This document shows positions 10,980-21,617 of a stretch of DNA of 64,000 bases, one piece after another. Origin of the DNA: Bacillota bacterium (GTDB taxonomy: Bacteria; Bacillota; Ch66; Ch109); assembly GCA_050952625.1 (NCBI GenBank), contig JBMNLH010000001.1, positions 1,216,001 through 1,280,000 on the forward strand, in the 5' to 3' direction. The position numbers were made by a program, and so were the translations under genes. Positions within the stretch are counted from its first letter, which is position 1; each line of letters begins with the position of its first letter. A model generated the notes under the pieces. The model was not told where the DNA came from. It made no database searches and was given only the letters and a program-made list of their open reading frames with translations.

Positions 10980-13928
10980 ATGTCTTATTTAATGAACTAC
11001 CGACCGGTTATAATTGCCTTTGATTTAGAAACCACTGGATTGTCTCCTGGTCAGGATGAAATAATAGAACTTGGGGCAGTTCGAATTGAAGAAGGAATAA
11101 TCACGGAAAGATACCAAACCTTGGTATGCCCTAGAACCCGGATTCCACCGAGAATAAGTCGTTTAACTGGAATCACCCAGGATATGCTGGATAAGGCCCC
11201 TCCCTTAGGAGAGGTACTGCCCAGTTTTTTGAATTTTTTGAGTAATTATCCTTTAGTTGCCCATCAGGCCTCTTTTGATCTAAACTTTTTAGAAACTAGT
11301 TTGGGACAAAGACTCTCCAACGAGGTTTTAGATACCGTAGAACTAGCCCGTTTAGCCTTCCCAATGGCGGCTAACCATCGATTAGTTAGCCTAGCCCGAG
11401 AATTAGAGCTTACCCTGATTGATGCGCATCGGGCTTTGGCTGATGCCGAGGCGACAGCTTTGCTGTTTCTAAAAATTGATGAGATTATTAAAAGCTGGCC
11501 CTTTGCCCTTGTTCATCAAATAAATCAAATGGCTGCCACCTTTTCTTGGCCTCTGGCTGGATATTTCCAGTACATTGAAAAATTCCTTACCCGTCATCTG
11601 AAGTTTCAACCCGTCGGAAGCTTATCTAACTACCTGGCACCAGTACCAGCTGAGGCTAGTGGAATATTTGCTAAAGAATGGGAAAAAACTAATAAGCCTA
11701 TTCAACCCTATGTCCCAGTAGATTTTCAATGGTTGGAGTCTCTGTTCGGCCCAAATGGAACATTTGCCCAGAGTTTCGGGCTATACGAATATCGACCCCA
11801 ACAGATTACCATGCTTAATAAGATCGCTGAAGCCTTCAATAAAGAACATCATTTACTAATAGAAGCTGGGACCGGTACCGGTAAATCTTTGGCGTATTTG
11901 CTGCCAGCCGTACTCCTTGCCATCCAGAATCAGGACAAGGTTGTCATTTCTACCCATACTATAGCCTTACAAGAACAACTCTGGTTCAAAGATATACCCC
12001 AATTAAGAGAAGCATTGAAAAGTCTAACTTCAATAGACAAAGGCCAAATTAACAAAGAGACCAGTCATAATCTGGAAAATTTTAGAGTTGCTTTAGTTAA
12101 AGGACGGGGTAATTACTTGTGCCTGCGCAAGTGGTTTTCCATTGAACAAAACCTTGATTCTTATACGGCTGAAGAAAAGAGATTTTTTATCCGTCTGTAC
12201 TCCTGGTTAAGTAAAACTAGTACTGGTGACCGTTCGGAATTAAACCTTAACCATCATGAGGCCGAGCTTTGGTTTCTGGTGGCGGCAGACAGTGAGTCTT
12301 GTTCTGGTGGAAAATGCCCCTGGTTTAAGAATCAATGTTTTATTATGCGGGCGCGAAGGCAGTGTGAAGAAGCCCATCTCTTAGTAATCAATCATTCCTT
12401 ACTCCTGGCTGATTTTAAAACTGATAATCAGGTACTGCCTGCCTATAGCCGGGTCATCATAGACGAAGCGCATCATCTGGAAGATGCCGCAACCGAACAT
12501 CTAGGGTTACAGATCAGTTTCCAGAGTTTAATTGGTGCGTGTCAGGGTTTGCATCGTCAGACTCGATATGGCTCGGCCGGTTTGCTCATTAATCTTAAGA
12601 AACAGTTAAATCGTCTAAAATGGCAATATGGTTCCCTTGACCTGGAATCCGGAGAACAAGTAATTGAATCTGTACTTCGAGATCTGTTGACAGTTAAGGA
12701 ACAGGCAGAGACTTTTTTTGGAATTATTATGGCAATAGTTAATCAATCCTCTACAGACTCAGCATACTATAATAAGAGGTCTTTTCGTTTTAGGAAAAAA
12801 AATACCGAATCAAAATGGTGGACCAGCTGGATTGGCACACGAGACAATTTGATTTTTCAGCTTAATTCTCTGCATAAAAACCTAAAATTACTGGAGGACT
12901 GGCTAGAATATATTGAGTTAGCAGTTGGGACCTGGATTGGTGAAAGAAAAGATTTACAAGCTAGACGCCAGTTTTTCAACCAGTTTATGAATGACCTCCA
13001 GTTTATTACGGCTATCGAAGAGGAGCATTGGGTTTATTGGGCTGAAATTGAAGAAAGGCGAGAAAACCATAACACTGTCTTAAGAGCTGCACCTATTGAG
13101 GTAGCTGAATTATTAAACAAGTACCTATTTGCTGTCAAAAAGACAGTCATTTTGACTTCAGCCACCCTGAGGGTTAGTGACAGTTTTAATCATTTCATCG
13201 AAAGAGTTGGGTTGGCGTTAACAGAAGCGGACAAAATCGAGCTGCTCCATTTGGACTCCCCTTTTGCTTATGAAAAGCAGGCTTTGCTTTGTATCCCTCG
13301 CGAGCTTCCTAACCCGGCTGTGGTAGGTGACCGGACTTTTTCCGAAGCTATTTCGCCAATTCTAGAGGAAGTAATCGAAGCTACTGCTGGAAGAACGATG
13401 GTTTTATTCACTTCTCATAATCTGTTGCGACAAACCTATTCCCGAATCAAAAATGCTTTAGAAGCTAAAGGGATAAACTTACTCGGTCATAATATTGACG
13501 GTGGCTATGCTCGTTTAGTAGAAGAGTTTCGAACCACGCCTCGTTCCGTGTTGTTTGGGGCGAGTACCTTGTGGGAAGGGGTTGATATTCAAGGAGAGGA
13601 ACTGAGTTGTGTTGTATTAGTGAAGTTGCCTTTTTTACCCCCTAACTTACCGATAGTCGAGGCCCGCATAGAGGCAATAACAAGGCGAAATCGCAAAGGA
13701 TTCTATCACTATACATTACCGGAAGCCATTTTAAGAATGAGGCAGGGTTTTGGAAGATTGATTCGGTCTAAGTCTGATCGAGGAGTAGTGGTTATTCTAG
13801 ACAATCGAATTATTGAAAAAAAATATGGTCAAGAGTTTTTAAAATCGTTTCCCTTAAAGACTCATGTTAGGATTAACTGTTCTGATCTTAAAGAGACAAT
13901 CAATGCATGGTTAAATAAACTGAATTAA
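10980..13928 (+). CDS. dinG: DinG-family helicase with N-terminal DEDDh 3'-5' exonuclease
   Basis: DLETTG...HRALADA, EAGTGTGKS, DEAHH and QGFGRLIR. Confidence 0.9.
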   Translation: MSYLMNYRPVIIAFDLETTGLSPGQDEIIELGAVRIEEGIITERYQTLVCPRTRIPPRISRLTGITQDMLDKAPPLGEVLPSFLNFLSNYPLVAHQASFDLNFLETSLGQRLSNEVLDTVELARLAFPMAANHRLVSLARELELTLIDAHRALADAEATALLFLKIDEIIKSWPFALVHQINQMAATFSWPLAGYFQYIEKFLTRHLKFQPVGSLSNYLAPVPAEASGIFAKEWEKTNKPIQPYVPVDFQWLESLFGPNGTFAQSFGLYEYRPQQITMLNKIAEAFNKEHHLLIEAGTGTGKSLAYLLPAVLLAIQNQDKVVISTHTIALQEQLWFKDIPQLREALKSLTSIDKGQINKETSHNLENFRVALVKGRGNYLCLRKWFSIEQNLDSYTAEEKRFFIRLYSWLSKTSTGDRSELNLNHHEAELWFLVAADSESCSGGKCPWFKNQCFIMRARRQCEEAHLLVINHSLLLADFKTDNQVLPAYSRVIIDEAHHLEDAATEHLGLQISFQSLIGACQGLHRQTRYGSAGLLINLKKQLNRLKWQYGSLDLESGEQVIESVLRDLLTVKEQAETFFGIIMAIVNQSSTDSAYYNKRSFRFRKKNTESKWWTSWIGTRDNLIFQLNSLHKNLKLLEDWLEYIELAVGTWIGERKDLQARRQFFNQFMNDLQFITAIEEEHWVYWAEIEERRENHNTVLRAAPIEVAELLNKYLFAVKKTVILTSATLRVSDSFNHFIERVGLALTEADKIELLHLDSPFAYEKQALLCIPRELPNPAVVGDRTFSEAISPILEEVIEATAGRTMVLFTSHNLLRQTYSRIKNALEAKGINLLGHNIDGGYARLVEEFRTTPRSVLFGASTLWEGVDIQGEELSCVVLVKLPFLPPNLPIVEARIEAITRRNRKGFYHYTLPEAILRMRQGFGRLIRSKSDRGVVVILDNRIIEKKYGQEFLKSFPLKTHVRINCSDLKETINAWLNKLN

Positions 13929-14032
13929 AATCCAAAATTATTACATTTTTATTAGTTTAATTTAGGCCTTCCACCGGTTCTTTAAAAATGATAGAATTAA
14001 TATGTTGAATTAGCTAGACGGAGGAACCCGAA

Positions 14033-14668
14033 TTGCGGAATTTTCCCATTGTCCCTGATGGATGGATATATCTGATTGGTTTGGGTTTTATAACACTACT
14101 TATATTTTTTTGGAAATCTTACGCAGCTCTCATCCCATTTATTCTGTTTATTTTTGTTGGCTTCTTTTTTCGCAATCCAAAACGTGACATACCACTTCAG
14201 CCAGATTTGGTAGTATCGCCAGCGGACGGGGTTGTCATGAGTGTGGAAAAAGTGATCGAAAATCGTTATATCCAGGCAGAGGCAATCCGGATTAGGATAT
14301 TTCTTAATATTTTTAACGTTCACGTAAACCGGGCTCCAGTGGCCGGGACGGTAGGATTTCAGGAGTATCGGCCTGGAAAATTTCTAGCTGCCTACAAAAA
14401 CGAAGCTGCTCAGCTAAATGAACAAAATCTGGTTGGGTTTCAAGACGGAGATTTTAGGGTGTTGGTGAGTCAGATTGCCGGCTTGATAGCCCGAAGAGTC
14501 GTATCTTGGGTCAAACCGGGAGATACTCTTCAAAGAGGAGAAAGGTTTGGTCTGATTAAGTTTGGGTCCTGTACTGAAGTCTATCTTCCCAGTAATGTAC
14601 AGGTTGAGGTAAAGAAAGGAGATCGGGTTAAAGGGGGAGAAACAATCATAGGGAGGGTGATCAGGTGA
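14033..14668 (+). CDS. psd: Phosphatidylserine decarboxylase
   Basis: FFRNPKR, SPADG, FNVHVNR and KFGS self-cleavage motif. Confidence 0.9.
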   Translation: MRNFPIVPDGWIYLIGLGFITLLIFFWKSYAALIPFILFIFVGFFFRNPKRDIPLQPDLVVSPADGVVMSVEKVIENRYIQAEAIRIRIFLNIFNVHVNRAPVAGTVGFQEYRPGKFLAAYKNEAAQLNEQNLVGFQDGDFRVLVSQIAGLIARRVVSWVKPGDTLQRGERFGLIKFGSCTEVYLPSNVQVEVKKGDRVKGGETIIGRVIR

Positions 14669-15180
14669 GACCGGTTGTCAAACCCATAGTGCCCAATCTG
14701 TTTACCTTGAGTAATTTATTGCTGGGCATCATGTCACTAGTCTATACTCTGAACGGTCGATATACGCTAGCAGCGGCGGCTATCCTGGGATCAACGGTGC
14801 TTGACCGAATGGATGGCAATCTGGCTAGGCGGCTTGGAGTTAGTTCCGATTTTGGGAAAGAGCTTGATTCATTGGCTGATTTGGTATCATTTGGAGTTGC
14901 ACCGGCCATCCTCGCTTATGCCTCGGTTCTTGATGAATTTATGGGCCACGCTGGGTTAGTTATTGCCCTTATTTTCATAAGCTGCGGGGCAATTCGATTG
15001 GCCAGATTTAATGTCATTAATGTTTCCGATCATTTTGTCGGTGTCCCGATTACTATTGCTGGTGGGCTAATGGCTTTATCATTACTTCTAATCAATCATC
15101 TGCCATTCTGGGCCGTAGCCATTTTTATGGTTTCTCTGTCTGGATTAATGGTCAGTAAGATTAAAGTAAAGAAACGCTAG
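14665..15180 (+). CDS. pssA: CDP-diacylglycerol--serine O-phosphatidyltransferase
   Basis: DG..AR...S.FG.ELDSLAD.VSFGVAP motif; overlaps psd. Confidence 0.9.
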   Translation: MRPVVKPIVPNLFTLSNLLLGIMSLVYTLNGRYTLAAAAILGSTVLDRMDGNLARRLGVSSDFGKELDSLADLVSFGVAPAILAYASVLDEFMGHAGLVIALIFISCGAIRLARFNVINVSDHFVGVPITIAGGLMALSLLLINHLPFWAVAIFMVSLSGLMVSKIKVKKR

Positions 15181-15312
15181 GAATAATCATCAATTGCACT
15201 ATATGGCTTGATAATTTCAGTCTAGTTTAACAATCTCTTGAGCGGAGGAACCTTTTCTTACTAGCTCTAATATATTATTAGAAGAGGTAATATGAAAAGG
15301 GGTGAGATTAAA

Positions 15313-15378
15313 TTGAAGATAGTTTTCATCCCCCTGCCAGGGTTCTTGCGGAGGCTGTTACTACGGATTATTAAGTGA
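15313..15378 (+). CDS. spoVM: SpoVM-like 21-aa amphipathic peptide MKIVFIPLPGFLRRLLLRIIK
   Basis: RBS AAGGGGTGA then TTG (in-frame ATG also at 15292); L8-P9-x-F11-L12 pattern as in SpoVM; own terminator. Confidence 0.7.
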   Translation: MKIVFIPLPGFLRRLLLRIIK

Positions 15379-15400
15379 GTTAAATACTAACACATTTGTC

Positions 15401-15427
15401 AGCCGAGATATCTCGGCTTATTTTTTG
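15401..15427 (+). terminator. Terminator after the spoVM-like ORF
   Basis: AGCCGAGATATCTCGGCT palindrome plus T-run. Confidence 0.75.
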
Positions 15428-15568
15428 TTTATCTGTGAAACAAAAAATAAGCCTAAGGCACTTAAGCTATAGGGTTACCTTAGGCACACCGCTATGAAAG
15501 GATTGCGTTCCAGTCAGCAAGCTGGACCGGGAACGATTATAATTGATGTAAGCGATGTGATTGTATGA

Positions 15569-15940
15569 TCACTTTTGGTGAAAAGCTACACCCATAATTC
15601 CACCAAGGATGCCAGCCAAAGCAGCCAATAAAAACTTAATCAATGAGGTGGTCCAGGAGAAATGTCCCGGATTAAAAACCAGATTAATAACTAGAACTAG
15701 GATAATAAACGCAAGGGCCATTTCGAAACCTAATAACAAGCCCTTTGACCCTTGCCGACGAGCCGCTAGAAAACCACCTACAAATACACTAAAGATGAAG
15801 ATTGATAAAGTTAGGAGGGGGGAAACTGACTCGGGGAGATTAGTAAAATACATTAATAAACCAACGATAATTCCTAATATCCCAAGCAAAATGACACCAC
15901 TAGTAAAACCACGGACCAATGGGCTGCTTAATTTAATCAT
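15569..15940 (-). CDS. TIGR04086-family four-TM membrane protein (YrzE-like)
   Basis: S.F.GG..AAR....KGLL.G pattern; ends in GGIMG. Confidence 0.7.
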   Translation of the reverse strand: MIKLSSPLVRGFTSGVILLGILGIIVGLLMYFTNLPESVSPLLTLSIFIFSVFVGGFLAARRQGSKGLLLGFEMALAFIILVLVINLVFNPGHFSWTTSLIKFLLAALAGILGGIMGVAFHQK

Positions 15941-16127
15941 TAACCATCGCCTCCACAGATAATTTAGAAGACAATTATCATATTTTATATTAAAACCATA
16001 TGCTGACGGCCCTTAAATATACCCGAGACTTTTTCTAGAATTAAGACTCTTGCATATTGCTATCAACAAGAAAATACGATCTTAACTCAAGTCTATGTAT
16101 CTATAAAAAAGAAAGGAGGTTTGAAAT

Positions 16128-16361
16128 ATGGAAAATACAGTCAGTATGCTTAAGGTTCAAGGGATGTCTTGTTCTCATTGTCAGATGGCTGTTGAAAAGA
16201 CATTGGTCAACTTAAAAGGGGTAAATGCGGTAGACGTTGACCTGTTGTCTGGAAAAGTAAACGTAGACTATGATCCGGTGCTAGTTAACCTTACTCAGAT
16301 GGTTAATGCTATCGAAGAAGCTGGATTTACCGTACTATTTGACCACGAAAAAAATAAATAA
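16128..16361 (+). CDS. copZ: Copper chaperone (HMA domain)
   Basis: GMSCSHC motif, 77 aa. Confidence 0.85.
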   Translation: MENTVSMLKVQGMSCSHCQMAVEKTLVNLKGVNAVDVDLLSGKVNVDYDPVLVNLTQMVNAIEEAGFTVLFDHEKNK

Positions 16362-16411
16362 GGAATGGAGATAGTTAATGCATCATAGCTTAGACCGAAA
16401 AAGTTTTCCCG

Positions 16412-17170
16412 TTGGTAAAGGAGGGGAACGAATTGTTATCTATTTTAAGCTATGGTGCATTAGCAGGATTAACGACAACTATGGGTGCGGTAGTGGTCCT
16501 GCTTTTTGGATTACCAGACCGCCGAGGCATCTCTTTTTTTCTTGGTTTAGCTGCCGGGGTTATGTTGGCGGTCGTTGTTTTCGATCTCCTGCCCTCAGCC
16601 TTTCAATTAGGTACTTGCTGGAACGTTTTATGGGGATTAATCACCGGGGGCAGCCTGCTTTGGCTGACTGACCATCTTTTGTCATTAAAAATCGGCATTT
16701 CTAATAATGGTACTCAGACCTTTAGACGACTCGGTTATTTAATTGCCTTGGGTATTGCGATGCATGATTTACCCGAAGGGATAGCAATTGCTTTGGGTTA
16801 TGCAACCGCCGAACGGCTGGGACCGGTTATTGCTATGGCAATTGGTTTACACAATATTCCAGAAGGAATGGCGACTGCTGCTCCTTTATTTGTCGGGGGA
16901 ATAAAACCTTCTCGGATAATTCTACTCACTCTAGTCGTTAGTTTAATTACTCCTCTGGGTACCGCTCTTGGCATCTTGTTAACTCAACTTATTCCTCAAA
17001 ATATTTCCCTAATGCTAGCCTTTGCCGCTGGGTGTATGCTTTACTTAGTTATTGTTGAACTGCTCCCCGAATCTCGCCGCCACCATCCAAAGATTGCTTA
17101 TTTAGGATTTTTTTTGGGAATCAGCCTAATTATTGGTGTAAGCATTTTAGATAAATGCTTTCGAGGATAA
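16412..17170 (+). CDS. ZIP-family metal transporter
   Basis: HDLPEG and HNIPEG motifs; start may be TTG at 16433. Confidence 0.85.
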   Translation: MVKEGNELLSILSYGALAGLTTTMGAVVVLLFGLPDRRGISFFLGLAAGVMLAVVVFDLLPSAFQLGTCWNVLWGLITGGSLLWLTDHLLSLKIGISNNGTQTFRRLGYLIALGIAMHDLPEGIAIALGYATAERLGPVIAMAIGLHNIPEGMATAAPLFVGGIKPSRIILLTLVVSLITPLGTALGILLTQLIPQNISLMLAFAAGCMLYLVIVELLPESRRHHPKIAYLGFFLGISLIIGVSILDKCFRG

Positions 17171-17302
17171 TTGCTTGCTTTATCGGTCATCCTAACCTTG
17201 GATCAATTCATTAATTATATCTTAAACATATCTACGAAAATAATAAACCGATTTCTTGCTCGGTTTTATTAAATATTGATTATGAATTGAGGGAGTAAAA
17301 GG

Positions 17303-17746
17303 ATGACTGGAAAACTTATTTATTTAGTAGTAGCCGGGGTTGCTGGAGCGGCTATGGCCGTACAGGGAACCCTCAATGCAGCCTTAGGAAAGATAATCGG
17401 CTTATGGGAATCAACATTTCTTGTGCATCTTGTCGGTATGATTGTAGTAATTGTTATCCTGTTTGGTTTTAAACAAGGCGACGGAGATTGGAGCCTTCTT
17501 GGTCAAGCTCCTTGGTATACCTATCTCGGGGGTCTGCTTAATGTTTTAATAATTTTTGGCGTTGTTTCTAGCATCCCAAAAGTGGGCGTTGGGGATGCCA
17601 CAACGATGATTATTGTTCTCCAGATCCTTAGTGCTGTGGCAATTGATCATTTTGGCCTTTTTGGTATGACTAAAGTTCCCTGTAAGTGGTGGGACCTACT
17701 AGGAATTGCTTTCCTTGGAGTAGGTGCTAAATTATTACTGCGTTAA
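17303..17746 (+). CDS. DMT-family (YdcZ-like) membrane protein
   Basis: Q...NA.LG, PWY.YLGG and IDHFGLFG. Confidence 0.8.
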   Translation: MTGKLIYLVVAGVAGAAMAVQGTLNAALGKIIGLWESTFLVHLVGMIVVIVILFGFKQGDGDWSLLGQAPWYTYLGGLLNVLIIFGVVSSIPKVGVGDATTMIIVLQILSAVAIDHFGLFGMTKVPCKWWDLLGIAFLGVGAKLLLR

Positions 17747-17931
17747 TTTAGTTGTTAACGATTTAAGTTAAACTAGTGAAAATTGAAAATATCTTTCTGC
17801 TTTAAGCAGAATATTTTTTGTCTAAATCATAAGATATTTGTTGTACGATTTTAGAAGCCTTAGGAAGGACTTTACTTAACTCCCAAGAATTTTAAAAATA
17901 ATGATAAGCATTTGAGAGGAGTGGTTAAGTT

Positions 17932-19185
17932 ATGTCAAGTCTAGCCCAAGGTTGGCGGCAAACAGTGCGCTGGATCATTAATAGTAATTGGGCGTTAATC
18001 TGGGAGTACTTTTTAACCTGTCTGAAAACCTGGCAAATAAGCATAAAACAAGATACAAAAAATAATTACAATGCAACCGAAAAAGATTCCAGGCTACTTC
18101 TGCAATTAGGTAAAAAACTATTTTTACAGAATCAGTTTGAAGAGGCTATTGAACATTTTAAATCCGCCCTAGATATAACACCGGCGTTAACTCCTACATT
18201 TAATAAAAACGAATGTTTAAGATGGTTAGGATTAGCTTACGACAAAACTACTCGTTGGGAAGAGAGCTTGACAGTATGGCAGGAACTATTAAAAACGGAT
18301 TGTCGTTCCCTGGAAAACTGGAATTATAAAGGAAAGGCCTTACTTAATCTAGGGCGTTTCAAAGAGGCAGAGAACTGTTTTAGTCGAGCTTTAAACCTGA
18401 AACCAAATGATTCTACGACACTGAACAATTTGGGAATTTGTCTAATGGTTCAGGGAAGACCGGGTGATGCTTGGCGTTGCTTTCAAATGATTCTGGATGA
18501 GTACCCTCGGGATCCCATTTTTCTAGGTAACGCTGGCCTTGCTTTAAGCCGGATTGGAGATTATTATAAAGCTGTGGAATTTTTGCGTAAAGCTTTTAAA
18601 TATGGATCGCGCGATCCTATTGTGTTAAATAATTTTGGAGTTTGCCTCGCTGAACTCGGACAGTATCAAGAGGCTGCCCAATTCTACCGAGAGGTTCTAT
18701 CTAAGCTAGACACAGAGAATACTGAGGTTTTATCAAACTTAGGCAGTGTTTTTTGCAAAACCGGTTTTCATGAAGAAGCCTTAAAATGCTATTTAACAGC
18801 CTTGAGAAATAACCCCCAAGATCCAGCTTTGCTAAATAATTATGCAATGGCCTTAGAAGCTCTAGACCAGTTAAACGAAGCACTGTATCATTATAACCTG
18901 GCCTTGGAAATTCAGCCCCGCAACCCTATATTTCTCCAAAACAAGGCTGTCTGCCTGGACAAGCTCCAACGTCAAAATGAAGCCATGGAATGTCTAGATC
19001 AAATCCTACAGGAAGAACCATTAAATAGAGCAGCCTGGGATTACAAAGGGGCCCTTTATTTGCGTCAGGGTAGACAAGATCTAGCTGTTGATTGTTATAA
19101 TTTAGCCCTGGGTTTATGTTATCTGCCAAAAGAAGACTTGTTTGTTCCTAAACCGCCGCATCTTGACCGAGGTATCGGAGCATAA
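17932..19185 (+). CDS. Tetratricopeptide repeat protein
   Basis: Repeated LNNLG...A...Y..AL...P 34-aa units. Confidence 0.85.
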   Translation: MSSLAQGWRQTVRWIINSNWALIWEYFLTCLKTWQISIKQDTKNNYNATEKDSRLLLQLGKKLFLQNQFEEAIEHFKSALDITPALTPTFNKNECLRWLGLAYDKTTRWEESLTVWQELLKTDCRSLENWNYKGKALLNLGRFKEAENCFSRALNLKPNDSTTLNNLGICLMVQGRPGDAWRCFQMILDEYPRDPIFLGNAGLALSRIGDYYKAVEFLRKAFKYGSRDPIVLNNFGVCLAELGQYQEAAQFYREVLSKLDTENTEVLSNLGSVFCKTGFHEEALKCYLTALRNNPQDPALLNNYAMALEALDQLNEALYHYNLALEIQPRNPIFLQNKAVCLDKLQRQNEAMECLDQILQEEPLNRAAWDYKGALYLRQGRQDLAVDCYNLALGLCYLPKEDLFVPKPPHLDRGIGA

Positions 19186-19385
19186 ACAAGCTTAACCATT
19201 AGAGTTTATATAATTAACTGCTTTTTCGGAACCGAGGGTAAGGCTTTCACCGGTAACCCTTGGTTTTTCACTTGCTAAGGGTATCTTGGATACCTTTACT
19301 CATTGTGGTACAATTCAAAGTGTGTTGAAATAAGTTAACTCATTTTTAGCGGGAAGGTAGGTGAACCCGGATTTCCGGGTAACCC

Positions 19386-19943
19386 TTGGATCAAGACAAG
19401 ATTAAAGCAGCAGTCAAATTATTACTTGAAGCAATAGGAGAAGATGTTGAACGGGAGGGCCTTCGGGCAACCCCAGATAGGGTAGCCCATATGTATACCG
19501 AAATTTTCCGTGGACTTAAGGAAGATCCACGAAATCATTTAGAAGTTTTCTTTAGCGAACCTCATGAAGAAATTGTAATGCTTAAAGATATTCCTATTTA
19601 TTCAATGTGTGAACATCACCTCCTGCCGTTTTATGGCAAGGCTCATGTTGCCTATATCCCTCGTAAGGGAAAAATTACTGGACTAAGCAAGTTAGCCCGC
19701 GTTGTAGAAGGCTATGCTAAACGTCCACAACTTCAAGAAAGATTAACATCTCAAATTGCCGATTCCATTATGGAGGTCATGAAGCCTAGAGGAGTAGTGG
19801 TAGTAATTGAAGCAGAGCATATGTGTATGACCATGAGGGGAGTGCAAAAACCCGGTACTAAAACCCTTACCTCTGCAGTCAGAGGTGTTTTTCAAACCAA
19901 TGAGGCAACCAGGGCTGAGGCGTTCGCTTTGATTCGGGGATGA
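19386..19943 (+). CDS. folE: GTP cyclohydrolase I
   Basis: SMCEHH, GLSKLAR, QLQERLT and HMCMTMRG. Confidence 0.95.
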   Translation: MDQDKIKAAVKLLLEAIGEDVEREGLRATPDRVAHMYTEIFRGLKEDPRNHLEVFFSEPHEEIVMLKDIPIYSMCEHHLLPFYGKAHVAYIPRKGKITGLSKLARVVEGYAKRPQLQERLTSQIADSIMEVMKPRGVVVVIEAEHMCMTMRGVQKPGTKTLTSAVRGVFQTNEATRAEAFALIRG

Positions 19944-19971
19944 TTAACCTTTGTTTATGAGGGGAGTAGAT

Positions 19972-20196
19972 ATGCTCTTGAAACCTGAGAATATTTCCAA
20001 CACCCGCACTTCAGATGAAAGTATTAGAACAGAAGGAAAATTACAACTGTTAGCTATTAAAACATTAAGTTCCCACGATGAATTGTATAAAGTAGTAGAC
20101 TTTCTAAATAAAACTCTTAAAGAACATCATTTAATGTTCGGCCTGACAAAAAACACCAGAGATAATACGATGACTATTTCCATCTACGAAGTTTAA
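19972..20196 (+). CDS. YpmA-family (DUF4264) small protein
   Basis: LYKVVDFLNKTLK...MFGL motif. Confidence 0.75.
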   Translation: MLLKPENISNTRTSDESIRTEGKLQLLAIKTLSSHDELYKVVDFLNKTLKEHHLMFGLTKNTRDNTMTISIYEV

Positions 20197-20238
20197 AATT
20201 TCCAAAGAGAAAATACTTGTTCGAGGTGATTCAAAAGC

Positions 20239-20811
20239 ATGATCGAAGACAAGGGGGAATCAACGGATCTTAATGGGAAGTTTACTACTAAAGGATTAGT
20301 GGGATTAATCAAAGAGACTTTAAGTATACTGATAATAGCTTTTTTACTCTCAATGGTATTAAAAGCCTATGTAGTAGAAGCCCGGTTAATACCAAGCGGT
20401 TCGATGCTGCCAACAATTCAGGAACAAGACCGGGTGCTGGTTAACAAGTTTATTTATCGATTTCAGTTGCCAGAGCGTTTTGAGGTAATTGTGTTTGAAC
20501 CTCCACTAGAGACTGGCCACCATGAGGATTTTATTAAGCGGGTAATCGGTTTGCCTGGAGAAACCGTAGAGGTGAAAGATGGCAAAGTCTATATAGACGG
20601 AGAGGTACTAATAGAAGATTACATTCAGGAAGAACCAAATTATAGTTTTGGACCGGTAGTAGTTCCGGCAAATAGCCTTTTCGTGATGGGAGATAATAGA
20701 AATCGAAGTTTTGACAGTCACCTTTGGAGCGGTTGGTTGAGCCTGGATAAGGTCAAAGGAAAAGCTTTTTATACTTATTGGCCCCTGGATCGGATGGGAG
20801 TTATGAAATAG
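20239..20811 (+). CDS. lepB: Signal peptidase I
   Basis: SGSMLPT, IKRVIGLPG and GDNRNRSFDS. Confidence 0.9.
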   Translation: MIEDKGESTDLNGKFTTKGLVGLIKETLSILIIAFLLSMVLKAYVVEARLIPSGSMLPTIQEQDRVLVNKFIYRFQLPERFEVIVFEPPLETGHHEDFIKRVIGLPGETVEVKDGKVYIDGEVLIEDYIQEEPNYSFGPVVVPANSLFVMGDNRNRSFDSHLWSGWLSLDKVKGKAFYTYWPLDRMGVMK

Positions 20812-20820
20812 GAGGTAACC

Positions 20821-21591
20821 ATGCGGATTCTCTTAACCAATGATGATGGCATACATGCTCGTGGACTGGACGCCCTCCGGCTAGCTTTGGAAGATATTGC
20901 TGAAGTTATAGTCGCGGCTCCGGACCGCGAGAGAAGTGCAACTGGTCATGGGATAACTGTAGATTATCCTATCCGGGTCAGCAAATATCAATTCTCGCAT
21001 TCATCAACTCCGGGATGGATTATTGATGGCACTCCGGCTGACTGCGTAAAATTAGCCATCTGTGCTCTATTATCTCATCCTCCAGATCTCGTTGTTTCCG
21101 GGATTAATCGGGGTGGAAATCTGGGGACAGATGTCCTGTATTCAGGAACCGTATCAGCAGCTATTGAAGGTATCATCCAAGGAATACCATCTATAGCTGT
21201 TTCTTTGAATAGCTTTGATTTTCAGGCCGACTACAGCTATGCAGCTAGCGTTGCTTGTAAACTATGTCTGGAAATAAAGAAGGTAGGTTTAACTACCGAT
21301 ACCATGCTTAATGTCAATGTCCCGGCAGTTACTGAAGCTGAAATTAAAGGAACGCAAATTACCAAATTAGGTATTCGCCGTTATGAAGATGTTTTTCAAG
21401 AACGTCAGGATCCCCGCGGCAGAACCTACTTTTGGTTGGCCGGAGATATTGTTGACGATGACCAAGATCAAGATGCTGATGTTATGGTAATCAGAAAAAA
21501 TATCATCTCAATTACTCCCATTCATTTTGACTTAACCAATTTTAAGCTGATACAGGAACTTAAGGATAAACTAAACCATGTCTTATGGTAG
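20821..21591 (+). CDS. surE: 5'/3'-nucleotidase SurE
   Basis: LTNDDG, GTPADC and SGIN.G.N...YSGT. Confidence 0.95.
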   Translation: MRILLTNDDGIHARGLDALRLALEDIAEVIVAAPDRERSATGHGITVDYPIRVSKYQFSHSSTPGWIIDGTPADCVKLAICALLSHPPDLVVSGINRGGNLGTDVLYSGTVSAAIEGIIQGIPSIAVSLNSFDFQADYSYAASVACKLCLEIKKVGLTTDTMLNVNVPAVTEAEIKGTQITKLGIRRYEDVFQERQDPRGRTYFWLAGDIVDDDQDQDADVMVIRKNIISITPIHFDLTNFKLIQELKDKLNHVLW

Positions 21592-21617
21592 CTAGGGAAA
21601 GGTAGAGGTTGATTTAG

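Noticed and set aside
15440-15570. Six-cysteine ranthipeptide precursor often found after TIGR04086 genes
   Set aside because: No Cys-rich small ORF or radical SAM maturase is present here.
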